Positions 1 to 10,195 of a stretch of 64,000 nucleotides of DNA are shown piece after piece (the first letter of the stretch is position 1; the number at the start of each line of letters is the position of its first letter). This DNA is from an uncultured delta proteobacterium (GTDB lineage: Bacteria > Desulfobacterota > Binatia > JACPRU01): positions 384,001 to 448,000 of the forward strand of contig CAVUWD010000011.1 in assembly GCA_963745025.1 (NCBI GenBank), given 5' to 3'. The notes below the pieces were generated by a model. It had not been told where the DNA came from. It made no database searches and saw only the letters and a list, made by a program, of their open reading frames with translations. Made by a program: the position numbers and the translations under genes.

Positions 1-1
1 G

Positions 2-2875
2 GAGCTCCGCTGGTACGACCGGACCGAGACGTTCACCCGCCCGGGCCTCGCCTTCACGACGGTGAACCTGCTCGACACGACTCCGCCGCTCGAAGTTCCC
101 GAGCAGTTCTATCAGGCGCGCAAGAAGCTCGGCGACGAGGCCCACAACTTGCCGCCCGGCGTGATCGGTCCGATCGTGAACGACGAATACTCCGACGTGA
201 CCTTTGCGCTCTATGCGTTGAAGGCCAAGGGGGAGCCTCATCGAGTCTTGGTTCGCGATGCGGAGGTCTTACGCCAACGACTGCTTCACGTACCGGGCGT
301 CAAGAAAGTGAACATCCTCGGCGAGCAAGCGGAGAAGATCTTCGTCGAGTTCTCCTCCGACCGCCTCGCGACACTGGGCGTATCCCCACGAGAGATCTTT
401 GCGACGCTCAACAATCGGAACGTCATGACGCCTGCTGGCTCGATCGAAGCCAAGGGGCCGCAGGTCTTCATCCGGCTCGACGGCGCAATCGACGACCTGG
501 AGGCCATCCGGAATACGGCCGTCGCCGCGCAAGGCCGGACGCTCAAGCTCTCGGACATCGCCGAGGTGAAGCGGGGCTACGAAGATCCGCCGACCTACCT
601 CATTCGCAACAACGGTGAACCGACCTTGCTGCTCGGCGTGGTCATGCGCGAGGGCGCGAACGGCCTCGAGCTCGGCAAAGCGCTCGAGGCGGAAGCGAAG
701 GCGATCAACGCCGAAATGCCACTCGGCATGAGCGTGTCGAAGGTCACCGACCAGTCCGTCAACATTCGCTCGGCCGTCGACGAGTTCATGGTCAAGTTCT
801 TCGCCGCACTCGCCGTGGTGATGCTCGTGAGCATCGTCAGCATGGGATGGCACGTCGGCATCGTCGTCGCGGCCGCCGTTCCACTGACGCTCGCCGCGGT
901 CTTCGTCGTCATGGCGGCGACCGGCAAGGACTTCGACCGCATCACGCTCGGGTCGTTGATCCTGGCGCTCGGTCTCTTGGTCGACGATGCGATCATCGCG
1001 ATCGAGACGATGGTCGTGAAGATGGAGGAAGGCTATGAACGCACGCGCGCGGCGGCCTACGCTTGGAGCCATACCGCCGCGCCCATGCTCGCCGGGACCC
1101 TGGTGACCGCGATCGGGTTCATGCCGAACGGCTTCGCCAAGTCGACTGCCGGCGAGTACACCCGCAACATGTTCTGGATCGTCGGAATCGCGCTGATCGC
1201 GTCGTGGGTCGTCGCGGTCGTGTTCACGCCCTATCTGGGAGTGAAGCTGCTTCCGACCATCGCGGAGCGAAAGGGCGGTCACGCGGCGATCTACGACACG
1301 CCCCACTACAACCGGTTCCGCCGAGGTCTCGGTGTCGTGATTCGCCGTAAATGGCTCGTCGCAGCGAGCGTGGTCGGCGTCTTCGTCGTCGCGATCGTCG
1401 GCATGGCCGCGGTCGAGAAACAGTTCTTTCCGACCTCGGATCGACCGGAGGTGCTCGTCGAAGTGCAGATGCCATATGGGACGTCGATCGAGCAGACCAG
1501 TGCCGCCACCGCCAAGGTCGAGTCTTGGCTCGCCGAGCAGCCGGAAGCGCGGATCGTCACCGCCTACGTCGGGCAGGGTGCGCCGCGTTTCTTCCTCGCC
1601 ATGTCGCCCGAGCTCCCGGATCCCTCGTTCGCGAAGATCGTGGTCTTGACCGACGGTGAGACGTCGCGCGACGCGCTGAAGCTCAAGCTACGACAGGCGG
1701 TGGCCGACGGCCTGGCGCCGGAAGCTCGCGTACGGGTCACCCAAATCGTCTTCGGCCCGCCCTCGCCGTTCCCCGTCGCGTTCCGCGTGATGGGACCCGA
1801 GCCCGAGAAGCTCCGCGACATCGCGGCGAAGGTCCGCGCCGTGATGCAGGCCGCGCCGCAGATGAGAACCGTCAACACCGATTGGGGCGAGCGGGTGCCG
1901 ACGCTTCATTTCTCGCTCGATCAGGACAGGCTGCAGACCATCGGTCTGACGTCGACCGACGTCGCGCAGCAGCTTCAGTTCCTGTTGAGCGGCATCCCGG
2001 TCACCGAGGTCCGCGAAGACATCCGCTCGGTCGACGTCATTGCCCGCTCCGTCGGAAGCGCGCGGCTCGATCCGAGCCGGATCACCGATTTCACTTTGGT
2101 CGGCAGCGCCGGCCAACGGATTCCGCTCTCACAGATCGGAACCGTCGAGATCCGCATGGAAGACCCGATCCTGCGTCGCCGCGACCGCACGCCGACGATC
2201 ACCGTGCGCGGAGACATCGCCGAGGGTCTGCAACCGCCGGACGTGTCGACGGCCGTTTGGAAGGCGCTTCAGCCGATCGTCGCGGAGCTGCCGGCCGGGT
2301 ACCGGATCGAGGAAGGCGGCTCGATCGAGGAATCCGGCAAGGCGAACCGCGCAATCGCCCCGCTCTTCCCGATCATGATCGCGCTCACGTTGATCACGAT
2401 CATCTTCCAGGTCCGGTCGATCTCCGCGATGGCGATGGTGTTCGCAACCGCACCGCTCGGCCTCGTCGGGGTCGTCCCGACATTGCTACTCTTCCATCAA
2501 CCGTTCGGGTTCAACGCGCTGATCGGTCTGATTGCGCTTTCCGGAATTCTGATGCGCAACACGCTGATCCTGATCGGTCAGATCCGCACCAACGAGGAGG
2601 ATCGCTTGGCGCCGTTCGATGCCGTCGTCGAAGCCACGGTGCAGCGCGCCCGTCCGGTGATCTTGACGGCGCTCGCCGCCATGCTCGCGTTCATTCCGCT
2701 CACTCACTCGGTCTTCTGGGGAACACTGGCGTACAGCTTGATCGGTGGAACGTTCGCCGGGACAGTCCTCACCCTGGTGTTCTTGCCGGCGCTCTACGCC
2801 ATCTGGTTCAAGATCGAACCGACGGCGACAGAACGCGAGCTCGCTCCGTCGATTCGAACGGCGCATGTCGCCTAG
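2..2875 (+). CDS. RND efflux transporter permease (AcrB/AcrD/AcrF family), 5'-truncated by window edge
   Basis: Frame open from position 2; motifs GLLVDDAII and RARPVILTALAA, two TM blocks with large periplasmic loops. Confidence 0.95.
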   Translation, partial: ELRWYDRTETFTRPGLAFTTVNLLDTTPPLEVPEQFYQARKKLGDEAHNLPPGVIGPIVNDEYSDVTFALYALKAKGEPHRVLVRDAEVLRQRLLHVPGVKKVNILGEQAEKIFVEFSSDRLATLGVSPREIFATLNNRNVMTPAGSIEAKGPQVFIRLDGAIDDLEAIRNTAVAAQGRTLKLSDIAEVKRGYEDPPTYLIRNNGEPTLLLGVVMREGANGLELGKALEAEAKAINAEMPLGMSVSKVTDQSVNIRSAVDEFMVKFFAALAVVMLVSIVSMGWHVGIVVAAAVPLTLAAVFVVMAATGKDFDRITLGSLILALGLLVDDAIIAIETMVVKMEEGYERTRAAAYAWSHTAAPMLAGTLVTAIGFMPNGFAKSTAGEYTRNMFWIVGIALIASWVVAVVFTPYLGVKLLPTIAERKGGHAAIYDTPHYNRFRRGLGVVIRRKWLVAASVVGVFVVAIVGMAAVEKQFFPTSDRPEVLVEVQMPYGTSIEQTSAATAKVESWLAEQPEARIVTAYVGQGAPRFFLAMSPELPDPSFAKIVVLTDGETSRDALKLKLRQAVADGLAPEARVRVTQIVFGPPSPFPVAFRVMGPEPEKLRDIAAKVRAVMQAAPQMRTVNTDWGERVPTLHFSLDQDRLQTIGLTSTDVAQQLQFLLSGIPVTEVREDIRSVDVIARSVGSARLDPSRITDFTLVGSAGQRIPLSQIGTVEIRMEDPILRRRDRTPTITVRGDIAEGLQPPDVSTAVWKALQPIVAELPAGYRIEEGGSIEESGKANRAIAPLFPIMIALTLITIIFQVRSISAMAMVFATAPLGLVGVVPTLLLFHQPFGFNALIGLIALSGILMRNTLILIGQIRTNEEDRLAPFDAVVEATVQRARPVILTALAAMLAFIPLTHSVFWGTLAYSLIGGTFAGTVLTLVFLPALYAIWFKIEPTATERELAPSIRTAHVA

Positions 2876-3050
2876 AGCGGTGGCGCGGTCGTCTCGCGCT
2901 GGATGATGCGATAGCGGACTTCTTTGTGAGCTGGCTCGATCGCGCCGGTGACAGGCCGCAACGGTTCGGCGAAAGCAAGCCGGGACCGCCGCCCCCGGGT
3001 TGCTCTGGCTTCCCCGGCGGGTCATGATCGTGCGAGCAAGGAGGTCACCG

Positions 3051-3533
3051 ATGAGCGACTCGGAGAAGTACGAGATGCCGGCTCCCGGGATGCCGCAGTG
3101 GATCAGCGAGCACGTGAAGCTCTATTTCTCCGATCCCGAGGCGGCGCACACGTGGGATTCGACCGTCGCGGGCGGCCCCGGGCCGCTGCCGACGCTTCTT
3201 CTCATCGCCCGCGGCGCAAAGACGGGGAAGCTTCGGCCGCTGCCGCTCCTCTACCAGGAGATGGATGGGCGCTACGTGGTGATCGGCTCGAAGGGAGGCG
3301 CGCCGCAGCATCCGGGCTGGTACGTGAACTTGAAGGCGAACCCCGAGTGCGAGATCCGGGTCGGGCGGAAGCGGATGCGCGCCCGCGCCCGCACCGCCGC
3401 CGGCGAGGAGCGACAGCGGGGCTGGACGAAGATGGCCGCCATGTACCCGCCCTACGAGGCCTACCAGAAGCGGGCCGGGTCACGGCAGATCCCGGTCGTG
3501 ATCCTCGAGCCGACGGAACCGCTCGGCGATTGA
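3051..3533 (+). CDS. Deazaflavin (F420)-dependent nitroreductase family (DDN-like) protein
   Basis: RBS AAGGAGG before ATG 3051; motifs GAKTGKLR, SKGGAPQHPGWYVNLKANP, YEAYQ..R.IPVV. Confidence 0.9.
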   Translation: MSDSEKYEMPAPGMPQWISEHVKLYFSDPEAAHTWDSTVAGGPGPLPTLLLIARGAKTGKLRPLPLLYQEMDGRYVVIGSKGGAPQHPGWYVNLKANPECEIRVGRKRMRARARTAAGEERQRGWTKMAAMYPPYEAYQKRAGSRQIPVVILEPTEPLGD

Positions 3534-3626
3534 CCGTCAAGGACGGCCCGCGATCGTCGCACGGCGCTCTTGTGCGCCCCGTCGAATTGGGCGGTAGAGG
3601 GGTAGTCCGGAACGTCTGACTTCGCA

Positions 3627-4026
3627 CGATTCTGTCAACTCGAGTCGAAGCGCGGGATCGCGCCGCTCGGCGGTGCGCACTTCCGCTACTTGACGCGTGC
3701 GGGCTGGGGCAATGCGATGTACCACCTCTTCCTCTGCGACGAGTTCGATGCGGCAGAGGCCTTGTTGCATCGGGTTCGTGCAAGAGGTTCATCCGTACGG
3801 CAAGCACCGCGAACGCGCGATGGAGATCGCCCGGGCGATCTGCAAGTGCGCGCCCCTCGGTCTCCGCGCGACGAAGGCTGCGGCGCTCGCCTACCTCGCG
3901 GAGGCCGAGCGCGTGGCGGTCGCGGCGATTCCGTCGATCGAGAAGGCCGTTTTCGCCACGGAAGATTTCAAGGAGGGCCTCCAGTCCTTCGTGGAGCGCC
4001 GCGAAGCGCGCTTCCGGGGGCGATGA
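3627..4026 (+). pseudogene. Enoyl-CoA hydratase/crotonase, 5'-truncated and frameshifted (~3767)
   Basis: RFCQLESKRGIAPLGG..GWGNAM..DEFDAAEA in one frame continues as IGFVQEV...EDFKEGLQSFVERREARFRGR in another; no N-terminal half. Confidence 0.75.
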
Positions 4027-4029
4027 GCG

Positions 4030-4934
4030 CGGCCAGGAGCGGGCGAACGGGATCGCGAGATCGGCGACGCGATCCGTCGCCTCGAGCGGTAGGAAGTGAC
4101 CGGCGCCGCGGACGATCTCGAAACGGACCGGGCTCGTGAACGCGCCCTCGATCCCGGAGTACACCTCGCTCGCGATGCATCCGTCGCGATCGCCCGAGAA
4201 GACGAGGGCGGGCACGGAGATGCGCGAGAACGCGACGCTATAAGTCTCGAGCGTGCCCGGGCCGGGGACGAGGAGGGAACGCAGGAGCGATCGATAGTAG
4301 CCGATCGCTTGGCTCGCGCCTTCCTCGTCGCCGAGCGTGGCCTTGACGCCGGCGAGGCGCTCGGCCGGGAAATCCCAGCCGGGGCTCCAATCGCGCCAGA
4401 GCCTATCGACGAATGCGAAATCGTCGGCGGCGAGGCGGGCCGCGGCGCCCGGCAGCTGGAAGTACCCCATGTACCAGCTCCGCCGGATCTGCGCGGGGTG
4501 GCGGAGAAGGAGGGGATGAAGATCCGCGGCGGCGGCACGGACATCGTGACGATCCGGCGCACGCGCGCGGGCGCCAGGCTGGCCGCGACGTAGGCGGCGA
4601 CCGCACCCCAGTCGTGACCGACGATCGTCGCCGTCTCGGCGCCCGCGGCGTCGATCAGGCCGACCGCGTCGCGCGCGAGGGAGACGGTCCCGTAGTCGCC
4701 GTCCGGAGCGGGATCGGACGGTCCATAACCGCGGAGATACGGAGCGATCGAGCGGAAGCCGGCGGCGACGAAGCGCTCCGCGAGCGGCAGCATCGAGCGG
4801 GCGTCGTCCGGAAAGCCGTGCAGCAGCAGGGCGAGATCCCCGCTTCCGCCCTCGAACGCGGCGAAGCGGAGCCCGTTCGCGTGAAGTTCGATGCTTCGGA
4901 ATCCCGCTGGCAGCGGTTCGGTCGCGGTGAACAT
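4030..4934 (-). pseudogene. Alpha/beta hydrolase (epoxide hydrolase-like), frameshifted at ~4506, no stop at expected end
   Basis: HGFPD and GHDWGA motifs in ORF 3891..4934; continuation RRSWYMGYFQLP...GDRDGCI...GAGHFLPLE in the frame of ORF 3202..5508. Confidence 0.8.
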
Positions 4935-4946
4935 GTCTCGTCTCCT

Positions 4947-6285
4947 CTACGAGGGAAAGCAGCGCCCAAACGCGAGCAGGTGTCGCGGCGAGCCCTTCAG
5001 GCGGATCTTGCCGCGCAGCAGCGCCCACACGAGGCTTCGCTCCCCGGCGACGAAGCCGAGCCAGGCGTCGCGATCCGCGACGACTCGGAGGTCCGATGTA
5101 CCGACGTGGCCGTCCTCGACCTCGAGCGCCTGGTTGCGGATGCGGATCGTCACCTCCCGCTCCTCCGCCCCGCGGAACGAGAAGTGATAAGTCGCGTCCA
5201 TCCCCTTCGAACGTCCTCGCTGGAACGTCAGCGAGAGTCCTCTCAGAAAGGACCGAAGCGTGCGCGGCCGGAGCCCGCTCGAGACGCGCTTCGCCTTCTT
5301 CGCCGGGAAGCGACGGCCGACGTGGGATTCGGCGTCGGAGTGCGCCAGCACGTAGACCGTTTCCTTCTTCTCCTGCAGCGGCGTGACCACGGTCGAGAGG
5401 TACGCCGGGCGATCGTTCAGGAACGGCTCGATCACCTCCTCGCCGGCCGGACAGACGGACATGCAGTGGGCGGCCTTGTAGTTGGCTCCGAACGAGAGGC
5501 TCTGCCACATCGACGCCGATTCGGAGTCGGAGACCCGTGCGCGGTAGTCGAGCGGCGTCCGACTCTCGGCGATCGATTCCACCCAGCTCGTGAAGCCGCC
5601 CATGAACTCACGGTAGTTATGCGTGTAGCAGGCCGAGAAGTTGAAGTGCCCGTCGGCCGAGATCGCGCCGACCGGGCAAGCGGCGACGCAGAGCTTGCAG
5701 TCCAGGCAGGGATTGTAGTCGAGGGGCTCGCTCCGCGCCGAGATGTCGGCCGCGATCAGTACGGTGCCGAGCAGGATGAAGTTGCCGAACACCGGATGGA
5801 TCACGTTTCGGTGGACCCCCATGTGGCCGAGACCGGCCGCGACCGCAATCGGCTTGTGCGAGACGATCCAGATCTTTTTCCGGGAACCGGTCCATTTCCA
5901 TCGGGAAGCCCATCGCCGGGTTCACGGCTCGAACGCCGCGCCGCTCGAGGGCGGAGACGATCCGCCGCGCGACGTCGTTCACCTGGTCGCCGGTGTGATG
6001 GAACTCGAGGTTCGCGAGCGAGCGGAACGGGCTGCGCACGTTCTCTCGGTTCATCCGGCAGACGAAGCTGAGCAGCGTCCGCGCCTCAGGCAAGAGGGAG
6101 CGGATGTCCTCGCGCTCCGCGGCGATCTCGGGGCGGTCGACGCCGACGAAGCCGACGTCGTCCGCTCCGCCCGCGAGCGCGACCTCACGGAGCCACGTCG
6201 CGTCCAGACTCGACGTCTCGGCGGCACGGGCGACCGCTTTTTCGCGATGGCGTTTCACCGTCGGGTGCTCGGAAAGTCGGCTCAT
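4947..6285 (-). CDS. QueG/epoxyqueuosine reductase-like 4Fe-4S protein fused to C-terminal SCP2 lipid-binding domain; frameshift at T5 run 5875-5879
   Basis: N-part GADDVGFV..NPAMGFPMEMDRFP; C-part HPVFGNFILLGTV, CLDCKLCVAACP, HCMSVCP; SCP2-type tail ALLRGKIRLKGSP. Confidence 0.8.
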
Positions 6286-6298
6286 CTCGGCTCCTTCT

Positions 6299-6312
6299 GT
6301 TGTACATGCAAC
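6299..6312. promoter_or_regulatory. Putative MarR operator, copy 1
   Basis: Imperfect palindrome GTTGTACATGCAAC just upstream of the QueG-like start; related copy at 6809. Confidence 0.5.
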
Positions 6313-6329
6313 TAAAGGCTCAAAAAAAC

Positions 6330-6800
6330 TCACTCCCGCCGTGATCGGGCAGGCTCGGCAAAGGCCGCGGATGCCTTGCCGAGCTCGTGAACGGCGTCGT
6401 CTCCGAGAATCTCCTGCGCTTTGCGTTGGATCTTCCGCCAGGCGGAGCTCACCGCGCGGAGCTTCGCCGCTCCTTTCGCTGTGATCCGCACCTTCGTCGA
6501 GCGCGCGTCAGCTCCCGGCCGCACGTCGATCCACCCCCGCGTGCGCAATCGATCCAGCGTGCGGCTGACCGTCGACTTCTCGAGGCAGAGGGTGCGACCG
6601 AAGTCTCCGGGAGTCGCCTCTCCGAGCATCGAGACCACGACGAGAATGCTCATCTGCGTGATGCGCAGCCCATGGGGCCGCAAGGCCTCATCGTACATCG
6701 ACGAGACCGCTCGGTTCAGCCGCCGGACCCGGTTCGCGATGCATTCCTGCGCGACGAGGGCACAGAAGCCGTCGTCTGACTTCGTTGGGGCGCGGGCCAT
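6330..6800 (-). CDS. MarR family transcriptional regulator
   Basis: YDEALRPHGLRITQMSIL, LEKSTVSRTLDRL, DARS..V.IT.KG winged HTH. Confidence 0.92.
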   Translation of the reverse strand: MARAPTKSDDGFCALVAQECIANRVRRLNRAVSSMYDEALRPHGLRITQMSILVVVSMLGEATPGDFGRTLCLEKSTVSRTLDRLRTRGWIDVRPGADARSTKVRITAKGAAKLRAVSSAWRKIQRKAQEILGDDAVHELGKASAAFAEPARSRRE

Positions 6801-6808
6801 GTCGGACA

Positions 6809-6822
6809 GTTGCATATGCATC
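6809..6822. promoter_or_regulatory. Putative MarR operator, copy 2 (autoregulatory)
   Basis: GTTGCATATGCATC immediately upstream of the marR ATG. Confidence 0.5.
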
Positions 6823-7110
6823 TACCTCAAGCAACCCATCGGGTCGACACGCTCGCGCGCGGCGGCTCGGGAAGCCGAGAGCACGGAACCGGCGCACCGG
6901 GCGACGTCAACGGAAAGACGCAAGGACCGCGTGCCGTACGAGCGCGCGATTTCGATGATTCGGGGGAACCGCGTTTCGCTGCGTGTCGTCGCCATCGGCG
7001 ACCAGGTCCGAGCTCGAAGACGGCGCGGCTTCGTCTTGCATGGAGGCGTCGCTAACACGGCACGCGAGCCAACCGCGCGCGGTCGAACAACGTCATCGGA
7101 TGCGCTATCT

Positions 7111-7200
7111 GCGTTTTCGCCCGCGGCGATCTTCAACGACCGGAACGGTTCCGGTTTTAGGGGTCAAATCGAGCGAAAGTTGGGTCGGAACGGGACTCGA
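7111..7200 (+). repeat. Direct repeat copy A (~90 bp)
   Basis: CAACGACCGGAACGGTTCCGGTTTT.GGGGT.AAATCGAGCGAAAGTTGGGTCGGAACGGGA.TCGA also at 9978-10070. Confidence 0.9.
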
Positions 7201-7444
7201 GAATTCCTCGCGTGATTGAATTGAACCGGGCGTCCCTTGCTGGTGGAAGCGACCGCGTGGCGAGTGCCCCGTCGACCGGGCGAGAACCTCCTCAATCATC
7301 TGCAAAGTAGCGCGCGGAGATCGGCGATGCTGGCCTGCGCGTACTGGATGGTTCGTCCACCGACGGCGACCCGTAACGATGCGATCAGCCAAAACGAAGC
7401 TGAGCTGCGCAGCTTGGCGCCGCCGATTTCCGAACGCCCAAGAT

Positions 7445-8107
7445 TTAACGACGCAGCTTCTTGCCAGGCGCCCGCCGTTCCGCCACATGCCGGGGGCTCA
7501 CCGCCGGAATTGTCGGACGCAGGGCCGCCATCAGCTCGTCGAGTCGCGCGGATAGCGCGAGCGGATCGCTCGATTGGAGCGCGGCCGGCATCACGGTAAG
7601 CAGGCACGCGTACGCGGAGCCGACGACAGCGCGGATCAATTCAGCGTTCGTCCCCTGCTCGCCGCGCTGGAGCGCGCGCTCCTTCAACGTCTCCGTGAGC
7701 CGCTCCTGAATGCGCTCGAGCTTCTCCAAGTAGCGCGCATAAAGTCCGGGGTGACTGACGACGATCTCTCGCAAGACCGCGCCGCGGCGTCGGCGATGCA
7801 GATCGGAGTAGTAGTTCACGACCACGTCGAACGTCCGCCGCAGCGTGTCCCAAACGGGCTCGTCGAGCGGCCGAGCACGCATCGCGGCGACGACTTCATC
7901 GCCGTGCAGCTCGTACTTGCCGATGACGACGTCCTCTTTGGTCGCGAAGTAGCGGAAGAACGTCCGTTTCGAGATGCCGGCAGCCTCGGCGATCTGGTCG
8001 ACCGTCGTCGCTTCGTACCCCTGCGCGAGGAAGAGCTCCAGAGCGGCCTCGGCCAGCTCCGTCTGTACAGCCCGACGCGCGCGTTCTCTCAGACCGCTTG
8101 ATGCCAT
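7445..8107 (-). CDS. TetR family transcriptional regulator
   Basis: AALELFLAQGYEATTVDQIAEAAGISKRTFFRYFATKEDVV. Confidence 0.95.
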   Translation of the reverse strand: MASSGLRERARRAVQTELAEAALELFLAQGYEATTVDQIAEAAGISKRTFFRYFATKEDVVIGKYELHGDEVVAAMRARPLDEPVWDTLRRTFDVVVNYYSDLHRRRRGAVLREIVVSHPGLYARYLEKLERIQERLTETLKERALQRGEQGTNAELIRAVVGSAYACLLTVMPAALQSSDPLALSARLDELMAALRPTIPAVSPRHVAERRAPGKKLRR

Positions 8108-8123
8108 GCCTTCCATTACCGCA

Positions 8124-8147
8124 TGTCATACTTGACATCAAGTGACA
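8124..8147. promoter_or_regulatory. Putative TetR operator overlapping a TTGACA -35-like hexamer
   Basis: TGTCAtACTTGAcaTCAAGTGACA dyad between divergent tetR and BVMO. Confidence 0.6.
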
Positions 8148-8215
8148 GATTTGGCATCACAGAGCGCACACGACAGCAAGCGCCGACAAACGCGAGAGAC
8201 GGAAAGGACCACCCA

Positions 8216-9830
8216 ATGAGCGACGACACTACGAACCAGCAGATCCTCGATGCGATCGTGATCGGAGCCGGTTACGGCGGGCTCTACCAGCTCCTTACGC
8301 TGCGCCAGCTCGGCATGCGCGTGCGGGCCTTCGAAGCCGGTTCCGGGGTCGGAGGGACTTGGTACTGGAATCGCTATCCTGGCGCCCGGACGGATGGCCC
8401 GTCGCACGTCTACCAGTACCTCTTCTCGGACGAGCTGCTGCAGGAGTGGGACTGGAGCGAGCGCTACGTCGGCCAAGCCGAGTCGGAGCGATACTTGAAC
8501 CACGTGGCCGATCGGTTCGACCTCCGGAAGGACATCACCTTCGACGCCCGCGTCACGTCCGCAATCTGGAACGAAGGCTCACGCACATGGACGGTGAGCA
8601 CGGCGAGCGGCGAGACGGTGCAGGCGACGTTCCTCATCACGGCTCTCGGGCCTCTCAGCACACCGCTCGTGCCGCCCTTCGAGGGTCATGAGCGGTTCCG
8701 CGGACGAATCGTCCACACGTCGCGTTGGCCACGAGGAGGCATCGACCTGAAGGGCGAGCGTGTCGGCGTGATCGGAACGGGCGCGAGCGGGGTCCAGGTG
8801 ATCCAGACGATCGCGTCCGAGGTCCGCCATCTGACCGTATTCCAGCGGACCGCGAACTATGCCGTGCCCATGACCAACCCGCGATTCACGGAGCCGATCG
8901 CGAAGCGATTCGCGCACGCTATCCGGAGATCCGGCAGGCGGTGTGGCGCCACTTCGTTGGCTTCGACGAGGCGGGCGAGACCCGGGCGTACTTCAGCCTC
9001 TCGCCCGAGGAGCGGCGTGCGATCCTGGAGCGGCTCTGGGCCGATGGATCGCTCAAGATCTGGATCGCTGGTTTCAACGAGATCTTCTTCGATCCCGCCG
9101 TGAACGAAGAGGTCTCGGAGTTCGTCCGCGAGAAGATCCGCGCTCGGATTCGCGATCCGAAGGTCGCAGCGAAGCTCGTCCCCGAGATCATGGATTCGGC
9201 ACACGGCGTGTCCCGCTCGAAAACGGGTACTTCGACGTCTACAACCGACCGAACGTCGACCTCGTCGACCTCCGCGCGACGCCGATCGAGTGCATCACTC
9301 CGGACGGGATCCGCACGTCCGAGGGCGAGATCCCACTCGACGTCATCATCCTCGCGACCGGCTTCGATGCCGGCACCGGAAGCCTCACGGCGATCGACAT
9401 CAGGGGCCGGGGTGGGCGATCTCTGCGCGAGGAGTGGAAACGAGAAGTTCGCACGACCATGGGTCTCCAGATCCACGGCTATCCGAACCTCTTTGCGACG
9501 AGCGCGCCCTACGCGCCCGCGTCCGTCTTCTGCAACGCGCCGACATGTCTACAGCATCAGGTCCGGTGGATCACGGAGTGCATCGACTACCTCAGGAAGA
9601 CGGATCGCCACGTGATCGAGCCGATGATGGAAACCGAGGATCGTTGGCTCGCGCATCACGACGAGCTGGCGAATGCCACGCTCGTGGCAAAAACGAAGTC
9701 CTGGTACACCGGCGCGAACGTCGAGGGGAAGCAGAACCGCCTACTGGGTTACATCGGCGGCCTGCCCTCCTACATCGAAGCCTGCGACAAGGTGAAGGAG
9801 CGCGGTTACGAGGGCTTCGCGATCGGCTAA
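8216..9830 (+). CDS. Baeyer-Villiger monooxygenase (cyclohexanone/steroid monooxygenase family), frameshifts at ~8893 and ~9183
   Basis: GAGYGG, GGTWYWNRYPG, BVMO fingerprint FRGRIVHTSRWP, GTGASG, ATGFDA; split across three frames. Confidence 0.9.
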
Positions 9831-9977
9831 GGCAACTGTCCGAAACGCACGGCGCGCCGTTCACGCGGCGAGGCTAGGCGCGGCGTGCTCGAGCACGGCC
9901 TGAAGCTGATCTCGAGCGACGCGAACTCATCTTCCGCACCACGCTTCGACGCGATGGGAAATTCTACGTCACGGTTG

Positions 9978-10070
9978 GCGTCTTCGCCGCCGATCGCGAT
10001 CTCCAACGACCGGAACGGTTCCGGTTTTTGGGGTGAAATCGAGCGAAAGTTGGGTCGGAACGGGATTCGA
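9978..10070 (+). repeat. Direct repeat copy B (~90 bp)
   Basis: Near-identical to 7111-7200. Confidence 0.9.
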
Positions 10071-10155
10071 AAATCGACCCCTAGATCGACTTGAACTTCC
10101 CAGTTCTGCTGGAGAATCGCCGGAGTGGGACGCGTCACCCGAAAAATTCCTATCC

Positions 10156-10179
10156 GGGTTCAAGTCCCCCTCCTCGCAC
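10156..10179 (+). mobile_element. tRNA-Leu 3'-end fragment (att-like integration scar)
   Basis: GGGTTCAAGTCCCCCTCCTCGCAC has the T-arm/acceptor 3' half of bacterial tRNA-Leu; no D-arm or anticodon arm upstream. Confidence 0.65.
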
Positions 10180-10195
10180 TTCGTAAGTAATTGAT

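Noticed and set aside
6850-6995. Minus-strand IIEIARSYGTRSLRL resembling a minimal nucleotidyltransferase N-terminus
   Set aside because: GS and DxD motifs absent; similarity too short to call
8890-9190. Programmed frameshifting in the BVMO
   Set aside because: No slippery heptamer seen; two independent single-base losses are better explained by error or decay
10100-10180. Intact tRNA gene
   Set aside because: Only the T-arm/acceptor 3' part is present; no D-loop or complementary 5' acceptor strand
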